A stretch of 13,431 nucleotides of DNA from a candidate division WOR-3 bacterium (GTDB taxonomy: Bacteria; Hydrothermota; Hydrothermia; JBDRYB01): positions 1 to 13,431 of the forward strand of contig JBMFOM010000055.1 of assembly GCA_049969615.1 (NCBI GenBank), written 5' to 3'. Shown in pieces: positions 1 through 6,964 of this stretch. The first letter of the stretch is position 1. Each line of letters opens with the position of its first letter. A program made the position numbers and the translations under genes. The notes below the pieces were generated by a model. The model did not search any database. It saw nothing but the letters and a program-made list of their open reading frames with translations, and was not told where the DNA came from.

Positions 1-89
1 TGACCCATCCGGGCTTTCTCAAACCAGGGGGGTATGCTGAGAATCAAAAATGAGCACATCCGGGGAAAGGATCACGCGAACTCGGAAAC

Positions 90-118
90 TTGATCCTGTG
101 CAGGAAGTGGGTTATAAT
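90..118 (+). promoter_or_regulatory. sigma70-type promoter of ribBA-ribH (probably leaderless)
   Basis: TTGATC (90-95), 17-nt spacer, TATAAT (113-118); in-frame TTG start 6 nt downstream at 125; no SD. Confidence 0.75.
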
Positions 119-124
119 ATACTC

Positions 125-1315
125 TTGAGCGAACAAGGTTTCTCTAGGCTTGAAGATGTCCTGACCGACCTGCGTGAGGGAAGGCTTATTATTGTGGTTG
201 ACGATGAGGACAGGGAAAACGAAGGGGACTTTGTGGTCGCGGCCGAGAAGGCCTCACCGGAGGTCATAAACCTAATGGCGAGGGCAGGTGGTGGCCTGGT
301 TTGTCTCGCTCTCAATCCCACCAGGTTTGATGACCTGGAGCTGGGTCTTCCGGTCCCGAATACCTCTCGGATGGGAACACCTTTCGGCATCCCTATAGAT
401 GCATCAGGGGTTACAACTGGCACATCCGCTCACGAGAGGGCGATGACCGCCCGTTGGGCCGCTGATGAGTCAAAAGGCCCCGAGAATTTCTTGCGCCCCG
501 GCCACCTCTACACTCTCCGGGCTTCCGAGGGTGGTGTCCTCAGGCGAGCTGGCCACACTGAGGCATCGGTTGACCTCGCCCGGATCGCAGGGCTTTATCC
601 TGCCGCGGTCATATGCGAGATAATGGATGAGGATGGCACGATGGCTCGTTTGCCCAGGCTCATGGAAGTGGCAAAACACCACAACCTCAAGATGATCACG
701 GTCGCGGAGATAATCAGGTTTCGTCTCGCCAGCGAGATATATGTGGAACGCATCCTGGTGCGGCCCCTGAAGACCAGATGGGGTGATTTTGTCCTTTACA
801 TTTATCGGGACAAGATAAAGGGTGATGTTCACCTCGCGCTGGTATCGGGTAAGATAGCCGAGAATGCTCTTGTTCGCGTTCAGAGGGAGTGTCCTGTTGG
901 GGATATATTCGGTTCAGTAACCTGCGATTGCAGGGAACAAATGGACACGGCTCTCTTTCGTATAGGTGAAGAGGGAGGAGTCTTCGTTTATCTCAGACAG
1001 GAGCCGGGTTCATCGGGCACGGTCGCCCGGATACTTGAACATGTTGATCCGGATTACCTGGCAAAGGAGCGCGACGAGGCCGAGCGCTACATCGGCACGG
1101 GCGCGCAGATACTCAAGGACCTGGGCATCTCTTCCATGAGACTTTTGACGAACAACCCCAGGAAGATGGTGGGAATAGAGGGCTTTGGCCTGGTCATAAC
1201 CGAGCGCGTTCCCGTTCAGCCAAGGCCCCGTAGAGAAAACATAGAACACCTCACGAAAAAAAGGGATACCATGGGCCACATCATAGGCCCGCTTGATCAA
1301 CCGGAGGACGATTGA
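125..1315 (+). CDS. ribBA: 3,4-dihydroxy-2-butanone 4-phosphate synthase fused to a degenerate GTP cyclohydrolase II domain (RibBA/RibBX)
   Basis: DHBP synthase motifs DDEDRENEGD, GLVC, RPGH, RAGHTEA, VICEIM; RibA-like C-terminus with ECPVGDIFGSVTCDC, GAQILKDLG, LLTNNPRK. ORF opens at 50, but homology begins near TTG 125, just after a -10 box. Confidence 0.93.
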   Translation: MSEQGFSRLEDVLTDLREGRLIIVVDDEDRENEGDFVVAAEKASPEVINLMARAGGGLVCLALNPTRFDDLELGLPVPNTSRMGTPFGIPIDASGVTTGTSAHERAMTARWAADESKGPENFLRPGHLYTLRASEGGVLRRAGHTEASVDLARIAGLYPAAVICEIMDEDGTMARLPRLMEVAKHHNLKMITVAEIIRFRLASEIYVERILVRPLKTRWGDFVLYIYRDKIKGDVHLALVSGKIAENALVRVQRECPVGDIFGSVTCDCREQMDTALFRIGEEGGVFVYLRQEPGSSGTVARILEHVDPDYLAKERDEAERYIGTGAQILKDLGISSMRLLTNNPRKMVGIEGFGLVITERVPVQPRPRRENIEHLTKKRDTMGHIIGPLDQPEDD

Positions 1316-1317
1316 AC

Positions 1318-1776
1318 ATGGAGAGAAGGGGACAGGTTTCAGCAAAGGGAAAACGAATTGCCATAATAGTTTCGCGCTTCAACGAGGCAATAAGCAAGCG
1401 CCTCCTTGAGGGCGCGACAGAGACCCTTCTGCAGCACGGCGCGACCGAGGCAGACCTTGATGTTTTTTGGACTCCTGGCAGTTTTGAACTGCCACTCATC
1501 GCGAAGAGCCTCGCCGAAAAAGGGGGCTACGACGGCATCCTTGCGCTCGGCTGCATCATAAGGGGCGAGACCCCTCACTTTGATTACATCGCCGCGGAGA
1601 CCGCGAAGGGCCTCGCAAAGGTCATGATGGAATACACGGTTCCGCTGGGCTTCGGCATAATAACAGCGGACACGATGGACCAGGCCACCGATAGGGCAGG
1701 TGGCAAGCAGGGAAACAAGGGCCGGCTCGCGGCCTTGCACCTCATGGAGATGATGAACCTTCTGGAGGGGATGTAG
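1318..1776 (+). CDS. ribH: 6,7-dimethyl-8-ribityllumazine synthase
   Basis: IAIIVSRFN, PGSFELP, LGCIIRGETPHFDYI, GNKG motifs; GGAGG at 1303-1307; start ATG 1318 or TTG 1312 (the latter overlaps the ribBA stop). Confidence 0.96.
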   Translation: MERRGQVSAKGKRIAIIVSRFNEAISKRLLEGATETLLQHGATEADLDVFWTPGSFELPLIAKSLAEKGGYDGILALGCIIRGETPHFDYIAAETAKGLAKVMMEYTVPLGFGIITADTMDQATDRAGGKQGNKGRLAALHLMEMMNLLEGM

Positions 1777-1857
1777 TCTGGTTGTCAGTTGCCGGGTAAG
1801 GGGCCATTGTTTCCAGTTCAGGTTTTAGACTAAAGACAGGTAAGATCTGCTTGATAT

Positions 1858-2469
1858 TCACCACCTCACACCGACATATCCTTCTAGGACCACGAACCAG
1901 TCCGGGCAGGGCCAGACATCTGGCCTGAAGCCCATGTAGTTCAATCTGGCCGAAAGCCCCAAAATAATGTTGATAGTCTTTTCTACGTCGGGCCAAGGCC
2001 TGTATTTGCGCCAGTATTCGCCCCTTGTAAAAATCGTCAAGCCAGGGGTAACTTGGTCAATTTTAACCCAATCGCTTGCCCCATAGATTTGTTTTTCCCA
2101 GTGACAGAAGTTGCCAGTGAACCCCCCACCGATATGCGTGTGGATGGGATGGGATTGATAAACCATTTTTGAAAGACCCAGCTCGTAGGTGGTTATTCCT
2201 TCCGCGAGACTCGCGCCCACTGGCACATCGTTGAAAAAAACTATCGTCTTGTATTCCGGGTGGTCCATGTATCTAACTCGTATATAAGGCTCCAACCCAA
2301 GCGGAAACCCCTTGACATAGGTGGTCTGCAGGAAGAAGTTTGTCCAAATGTGATAACCCCAATCAACATAGCCGCAGACACTTTGGGCTGTAGCCCTTTC
2401 ATTCGGCGCGACTTTGCCCCAACCGGCCAAAACCTCTGCACTTATGCTTATCAGAGCTATCAAGATCAT
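1858..2469 (-). CDS. Hypothetical exported protein, probable outer-membrane beta-barrel
   Basis: GGAGG SD before ATG 2469; hydrophobic N-terminus MILIALISISA; alternating aromatic/Gly beta-strand pattern; ends LEGYVGVRW (BAM beta-signal-like terminal aromatic). Confidence 0.7.
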   Translation of the reverse strand: MILIALISISAEVLAGWGKVAPNERATAQSVCGYVDWGYHIWTNFFLQTTYVKGFPLGLEPYIRVRYMDHPEYKTIVFFNDVPVGASLAEGITTYELGLSKMVYQSHPIHTHIGGGFTGNFCHWEKQIYGASDWVKIDQVTPGLTIFTRGEYWRKYRPWPDVEKTINIILGLSARLNYMGFRPDVWPCPDWFVVLEGYVGVRW

Positions 2470-2484
2470 TTCTTTACCTCCATA

Positions 2485-2506
2485 ATTATAGAGTATGGGG
2501 TACCCC
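2485..2506 (-). promoter_or_regulatory. -10 box plus palindromic putative operator upstream of the barrel gene
   Basis: Minus-strand TATAAT at 2490-2485 followed by a short leader with GGAGG; perfect palindrome GGGGTACCCC at 2497-2506 in the promoter spacer. Confidence 0.55.
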
Positions 2507-2520
2507 TGCAAAAAGCTTTT

Positions 2521-2646
2521 TTATCTACCCTCTAGCACCAGAAGAGGTTGCACCAATAGAGGGGGGCAACTACAGCCGTAGACATACTTGACGCACGAGA
2601 TCATCTCCACTTGTATATCTTTCTCTGGTTCTATCAGATATGTCAT
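2521..2646 (-). CDS. Small Cys-containing peptide (41 aa), candidate RiPP precursor
   Basis: Not in the ORF track (too short). GAGGTGA SD at 2657-2651, then ATG 2646: MTYLIEPEKDIQVEMISCVKYVYGCSCPPLLVQPLLVLEGR*. The MxY(I/L)IxP start recalls Clo7bot-type Cys-rich radical-SAM target peptides (from memory). Confidence 0.6.
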   Translation of the reverse strand: MTYLIEPEKDIQVEMISCVKYVYGCSCPPLLVQPLLVLEGR

Positions 2647-2719
2647 GGTCTCACCTCTTTTATGGGTTTGGTTTTATCTTTCAGAGGTACCCCAAACTCC
2701 ACGAAAAGCCTCATAACCG

Positions 2720-2925
2720 ATGTATATCTTGGTGGCGGTTTTATCCTCTCCTGTTTTGTCCGAAGAGACTCCACTAGGGCTCGTAGGCACTATACGCAGT
2801 TTTATGGGATTGACGGGGCATTCCTGGGAACAGCCAATCTCTCGCCTGATGCGGTTGATGACTCCGGAAACATCTATCTCTTGGAGAAAGATAGCCTCAT
2901 CATTCTAAGGATAAAGGGGCAATAG
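2720..2925 (+). pseudogene. Internally deleted remnant of an exported NHL/6-bladed beta-propeller-like protein
   Basis: Leader-like MYILVAVLSSPVLSEE from ATG 2720, then a different frame encodes FYGIDGAFLG...AVDDSGNIYLLEKDSLIILRIKGQ* (propeller blade-like motif) ending 2925; junction near 2785-2795. Confidence 0.45.
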
Positions 2926-2940
2926 GAAACTATATAACGC

Positions 2941-2970
2941 GGCCCCGGTTTGCATATGCCGTGGCCTTTT
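2941..2970 (+). terminator. Possible rho-independent terminator
   Basis: GGCCCCGGT...GCCGTGGCC stem (one mismatch) followed by TTTT, between convergent stops at 2925 and 3011. Confidence 0.4.
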
Positions 2971-3010
2971 AGTTGGTTGAGTCCGGTCTTGGCACCCACA
3001 AAGAGCGCCC

Positions 3011-3634
3011 CTACACATCCGGAACCCAAAGGCACCTTCCGAGTCTCCTGGCCTTGCCGGTCCCTATGAAATACAGGGTGAGGGCCGCGGCGACCGCGTC
3101 AAGTGCGTCCGGGTCCAGTTTCTGCCAGATGTCCTTTCCGAGGTTCGGGATGAACTCAGCCAAAAGCAAGAGGCGCTGGAGCTGGCCCCGTTCGGAGCGC
3201 TTGCTCGCGAGGGAGCCATAGGAGCCTGCCCTTGATAACATGACGAAGCTCGCGTGGGGATAGACCTCATAGACCCTGCATTTTCCCCGGAATCCAGTTG
3301 CAAAACCATGGGCCTTGGGCTTTCCACGAAGACCCAGCATTTCCCTCGCCCGGGCGTGGAGACGGAGCATGTATCCTCCCACCGGAGGGAAGCTGGGTAT
3401 CCCCAGCTCCCAGAGGGCCTTTTCCTCATCTCGCCAGAACCTACCTTTCCTGGGAAGATATACCGGGCAATCAAGCGTGATCTCGGTTATCCCCACGCCC
3501 TTGATTATGTTCAAGAGCTCTTTTCTCGTCGTGAGCCGGAAGACCTCTTGCATTACCAGGCAATCATCCCCGGCTCTTATAATGGCCAGAACCGAGGGCC
3601 TTTTTATCGCAAGGTCTATTCCCGCGAAGATCAT
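3011..3634 (-). CDS. DUF429-family protein (predicted RNase H-like nuclease fold)
   Basis: N-terminal GIDLA, central LDCP, YEVYPHA and C-terminal DALDAVAAAL motifs typical of DUF429; TGATG coupling to the upstream gene at 3634. Confidence 0.8.
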   Translation of the reverse strand: MIFAGIDLAIKRPSVLAIIRAGDDCLVMQEVFRLTTRKELLNIIKGVGITEITLDCPVYLPRKGRFWRDEEKALWELGIPSFPPVGGYMLRLHARAREMLGLRGKPKAHGFATGFRGKCRVYEVYPHASFVMLSRAGSYGSLASKRSERGQLQRLLLLAEFIPNLGKDIWQKLDPDALDAVAAALTLYFIGTGKARRLGRCLWVPDV

Positions 3635-4392
3635 CAGTACATTATCCTCCCATCGGTTGTTCTGAGGCCTATTTGAAATATGACCGGATCATCAACCGGC
3701 CTGTATATGCCTGGGTCGTGAAGCCGCTCATACTCAATGAAAAACATGAGCGCGGCTCCTTTGCCCATTGCATATAGCCCTGCCTCGGCCCTGGTGTCTG
3801 CGTATGTGGCCCACGGATAGCCGTCCAGCTTGATTCCCGTGTCAAGGTAGGGCCCCCAGTTCCAGTCCGGCCTCAGCCTCGCTCCTGTCTCCCACGACCA
3901 CGCCAGGCCTGTTATCCTCTCGGTCGGATCATCAAGCCAGAGGACATATCTGTGAAGCCTGGTGTGAAACGGTTCCCAGATGATCCCCGTGTGGACGCTT
4001 GAGAAGATGAGTGTCCTCTCGTCCCGGTCAAGGTCGTGTTTGCAACGGTGGGTGAAGCCCAGCTGGGCGACGAGGCCCTTGATTCCCCAGGACAGGAGCG
4101 TCCCTTCCTCCCAATAGAGCGCGAGGGGCTGGAACCTTATGTTTGAGTGCGGGCTCGCGACCAGCTCGTTCGCGCCGTAGATGGACAGGCTTACCCCCTT
4201 TATCCTGAAGAGCTCAAGGAGTCCCCCTATCCGTATAGACCAGGCATAGGTTGTGTCCGGCAGGTATGTCCCGGCGGACGCCCACACGCCCATTGTTCCC
4301 AGGTAGGCCCCGCCAGTGTTCCCCAGGGGGTTCATCAGGACGCTCCTTCCGGGGAAGGGGACAACGAGCAACAAGAAAACCAGTCCGGCCAT
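3634..4392 (-). CDS. Hypothetical exported beta-barrel-like protein, paralogue 2 (HRCKHDLD)
   Basis: Hydrophobic N-terminus, Trp/Gly-rich beta strands; clear similarity to 4392-5150 (NPL, SIRxGGxLEL, FxPLAxxWEEG, GFxHxCKHDxD, EYERxHDxGxY, FQxGL); TGATG overlaps on both sides. Confidence 0.8.
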   Translation of the reverse strand: MAGLVFLLLVVPFPGRSVLMNPLGNTGGAYLGTMGVWASAGTYLPDTTYAWSIRIGGLLELFRIKGVSLSIYGANELVASPHSNIRFQPLALYWEEGTLLSWGIKGLVAQLGFTHRCKHDLDRDERTLIFSSVHTGIIWEPFHTRLHRYVLWLDDPTERITGLAWSWETGARLRPDWNWGPYLDTGIKLDGYPWATYADTRAEAGLYAMGKGAALMFFIEYERLHDPGIYRPVDDPVIFQIGLRTTDGRIMY

Positions 4393-5150
4393 CAGAAAAA
4401 CCCCCGTGGACTCAAGGTTTGCAGACCGACCTGGAAAAGATTCATGCCAGCAGGGCTCCCGTAAAGCCCAACATCGTGAATCCGCTCGTATTCAACGAAT
4501 CCTGCCATCATTGCGCCGGCATCGGCCGTGAATCCCCCAGCGCCTGCCCTCGCGTCAAGGCCCAGACCGTCCCTGTAGCCGTAGAGCCTGAGGCCTCCGT
4601 CCGCGGAAACCCCTTGGTCTCCTTTTGTCCTCCAGGAACCCCTTCCTTCAAGGCTAAAGAGGAGTTTTCCTTCCCTCGCCCGGGGGTAATCCTTCGCGTA
4701 GACATACAGATGCGCGAAAACCTGCGTGTGCTCGCAAAGCATTCCTCCGACGAGCCTTGTTCCCACGAGTATGCGTCTAGTTGTGTCAACATCGTGTTTG
4801 CACGAGTGAAGGAATCCCACCTGCCAGAACGCATCGCCGGCCGGCCCGGTTACCAGGAGGCCCTCCTCCCACCTCGCCGCGAGGGGATGAAATGAAATAA
4901 GGCCTCCCGGCGCGGAAGCCAGGACCTCCGACGAAGCGGCGATTGCCACGCTGTTGCCGCCCCACCTCGCCAGCTCAAGGAATCCTCCCATCCTGATGCT
5001 GAAGGAAAGCCCACGGTTCCCCGGATACCAACCGGCTATGGCCCATACGCCGGAAACGCTGAGATAACCGTCGTCTGTCTCATATAGCAGGGGATTCACG
5101 GTTATCCCCCTAGCAGGGGAGGGCATTGAGAGGATGAAGGCCACTAACAC
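4392..5150 (-). CDS. Hypothetical exported beta-barrel-like protein, paralogue 1 (HSCKHDVD)
   Basis: Same shared motifs as 3634-4392; a GTG start at 5150 gives the same length as the paralogue (252 aa), starts with a hydrophobic leader and lies 6 nt after TATAAT; ends in FF. Confidence 0.8.
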   Translation of the reverse strand: MLVAFILSMPSPARGITVNPLLYETDDGYLSVSGVWAIAGWYPGNRGLSFSIRMGGFLELARWGGNSVAIAASSEVLASAPGGLISFHPLAARWEEGLLVTGPAGDAFWQVGFLHSCKHDVDTTRRILVGTRLVGGMLCEHTQVFAHLYVYAKDYPRAREGKLLFSLEGRGSWRTKGDQGVSADGGLRLYGYRDGLGLDARAGAGGFTADAGAMMAGFVEYERIHDVGLYGSPAGMNLFQVGLQTLSPRGFF

Positions 5151-5156
5151 TGAAAT

Positions 5157-5162
5157 ATTATA
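5157..5162 (-). promoter_or_regulatory. -10 box of the barrel-barrel-DUF429 operon (leaderless)
   Basis: TATAAT-atttca-GTG on the minus strand; no SD; no good -35. Confidence 0.65.
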
Positions 5163-5253
5163 TTGTAGGGCCAGGTTCCTGTGCCTGGTCTCCTCACTAG
5201 ACGGAAGGGCAATTTGTGAGCGAACGCTGGTCGTTCGCGAGCGACCCCTATAC

Positions 5254-5283
5254 TTGAACAACTTGCATGGCCCGCGTTATCAT
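5254..5283 (+). promoter_or_regulatory. Promoter of fba (near-leaderless)
   Basis: TTGAAC (5254-5259), 18 nt, TATCAT (5278-5283), ATG 8 nt later; no SD. Confidence 0.55.
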
Positions 5284-5291
5284 TTGATTAA

Positions 5292-6185
5292 ATGGATTTT
5301 CTCACGCTCAGGGAAGTCTTCGCAGTGGGTCCTTCCCCGGCCTTCAATGTTAACAACCTTGAGTTCGTACAGGCTGTGTGCGAGGCCGCACGGCTTGAGG
5401 CCAGACCGATTATCGTCGCGGCAACCGAGGGGGCCTTGTCCTATGTGGGGGCAAAGGCTCTCGTCGCAATGGTCATGGCCGTTTCCAGGGAGAAAGGCGT
5501 TAGGGTTGCCCTGCATCTTGACCACGGAAAGAGCCTTGATGCCGTGAGGGTCGCGCTTGACGCCGGTTTCTCCTCTGTAATGCTTGATGGCTCTGCCCTG
5601 CCCTTTGATGAGAATGTTAGGCTCACGGCCCAGGCCGCCAGGTTGGCTCATGAGCGCGGCGCGACATGTGAGGGCGAACTCGGTGTCCTGAAGGGAGTTG
5701 AGGATTCGGTATCGTCAGATAGATCTCTTCTCACTGATCCTGATGAGGCCGCGTTATTCGTTGAGAAAACAGGGGTTGACGCGCTGGCCGTCGCTGTTGG
5801 CACATCCCACGGCGCGTACAAATTCAAGGGTGAAGCGAGAATAGACCTACCGCGGCTTGAGGCAATAGAGGGGCGCGTCCGGGTTCCCCTTGTCCTCCAC
5901 GGAGCATCAGGGGTTCCCCCTGACCTCATAAGGGAGCTGGCTAATCTGGGGATCATGCTTGAGGGAGCGGCCGGGATCCCGGATGAGCAGATAACCAAGG
6001 CCATTGAGCGTGGGGTTATGAAGGTGAATGTGGATACGGATCTGAGATTAGCATTCCTGGCTGGGGTGTTGCGTTATATCAAGGATAATCCCAAAGAGTT
6101 TGACCCCAGAAAATACCTGGGCGCTGGAAGGGACAGGGTAATTGAAATAGCGAGGCAGAGGATTAGCCTTCTGAGTGGGTTTTAA
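5292..6185 (+). CDS. fba: Class II fructose-1,6-bisphosphate aldolase
   Basis: AFNVNNLE, HLDHG, SSVMLDGS, EGELG, GTSHGAYK, LVLHGASG, KVNVDTD, FDPRKYL motifs. Confidence 0.95.
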   Translation: MDFLTLREVFAVGPSPAFNVNNLEFVQAVCEAARLEARPIIVAATEGALSYVGAKALVAMVMAVSREKGVRVALHLDHGKSLDAVRVALDAGFSSVMLDGSALPFDENVRLTAQAARLAHERGATCEGELGVLKGVEDSVSSDRSLLTDPDEAALFVEKTGVDALAVAVGTSHGAYKFKGEARIDLPRLEAIEGRVRVPLVLHGASGVPPDLIRELANLGIMLEGAAGIPDEQITKAIERGVMKVNVDTDLRLAFLAGVLRYIKDNPKEFDPRKYLGAGRDRVIEIARQRISLLSGF

Positions 6186-6189
6186 CCCA

Positions 6190-6250
6190 GATTTTACGGC
6201 AGGCTGTAAACCTTGAATTGCCAAGCGATCAGCCCATCTAACATTGCTCA
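6190..6250. repeat. Dispersed ~60-nt intergenic element, copy A
   Basis: Manual alignment with 10688-10746: 49 identities, 10 mismatches, 2 single-base gaps in 61 columns; begins 4 nt after the fba stop. Confidence 0.8.
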
Positions 6251-6412
6251 GGAACCCCCATGAACCCATAAAAGCTCTTTCCAAACCTGTTTGGCGTTTT
6301 GCCGAATTTCTGAGATGCTCTCCTGTGTATCGGTTCCAGAACAAACCATGTAGCATCGGGAAGCTGTCGCGAAAAACTCCTGCGGCAGGCCCGGAAAATT
6401 TGGCCTGGGACT

Positions 6413-6442
6413 TTGAACATCGCGTAGAAAATGGGTTATAAT
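6413..6442 (+). promoter_or_regulatory. Promoter of small hypothetical gene (leaderless)
   Basis: TTGAAC (6413-6418), 18 nt, TATAAT (6437-6442), ATG 6 nt later at 6449. Confidence 0.7.
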
Positions 6443-6448
6443 TTCAAT

Positions 6449-6670
6449 ATGCCGCTCAATGATGTCAGAAAGGTAATCTATGACTTTGCTGGCTCAAAAA
6501 GGCTCGTCATAGAACGCTACGGCGGGCACAGATACAGGGTCAGGATGTTTCATCGCCAGAAGTGGCTCGTATTTTACTCATGGATGATGAAGGCCATGAC
6601 CATGATAGAGGCCGCGGATGACGAGGAGGCCGTTGACAAGGCCGTGGATTGGGCGACGAAGATCATCTGA
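6449..6670 (+). CDS. Small hypothetical protein (73 aa)
   Basis: MPLNDVRKVIYDFAG...IEAADDEEAVDKAVDWATKII; protein-like composition, codon style like its neighbours and its own promoter. Confidence 0.7.
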   Translation: MPLNDVRKVIYDFAGSKRLVIERYGGHRYRVRMFHRQKWLVFYSWMMKAMTMIEAADDEEAVDKAVDWATKII

Positions 6671-6854
6671 TAATTTCGGCTGTTTCTTTGGGACAATCAG
6701 TCTTCGTCGCAAAGCGCGGGATTTTTGGATAGCCCTTTCTGGACCCTATCCATGAGTCTTATCATAGCTAGAAGAGAACCATGAAAAAATGCCCTCGTGG
6801 CGGGATTTTTCAAGGGGACTCTCTTAGAAATCTCTTCTCTTGGACAAAGCGCTC

Positions 6855-6938
6855 CTGGCTCAGATTAATAAGTTATTACCACTTTATCAGGGGTCTCTGA
6901 TCACCACTTTAATAGCGGCTGTTATTGATTTGAGCCAG
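6855..6938 (+). other. Long imperfect inverted repeat / rod-like hairpin, candidate structured RNA
   Basis: 17-bp stem 6855-6871/6922-6938, 5-nt bulge, 7-bp stem 6872-6878/6910-6916, 7x8 internal loop, 6-bp stem 6886-6891/6896-6901, 4-nt loop; four G-U pairs, all valid on the + strand. Confidence 0.7.
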
Positions 6939-6964
6939 AAGGTCAGGATTCCGGACGAGAACTC

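Noticed and set aside
1-59. Possible divergent gene start MCSFLILSIPPWFEKARMG running off the left edge
   Set aside because: It fits the short-leader pattern, but only 19 codons are visible with no SD or -10; unsupported.
1-124. FMN riboswitch upstream of rib genes
   Set aside because: No FMN aptamer consensus is visible and the -10 box abuts the start codon, leaving no leader.
6716-6810. Direct repeat GCGGGATTTTT twice downstream of the small gene
   Set aside because: Only two 11-nt copies, no array or convincing terminator stem; may be chance.
6941-6964. GGTCAGGATTCCGGACGAGAA superficially like SRP RNA helix 8
   Set aside because: It lacks the GNRA loop, the AGCAG motif and the flanking stem.
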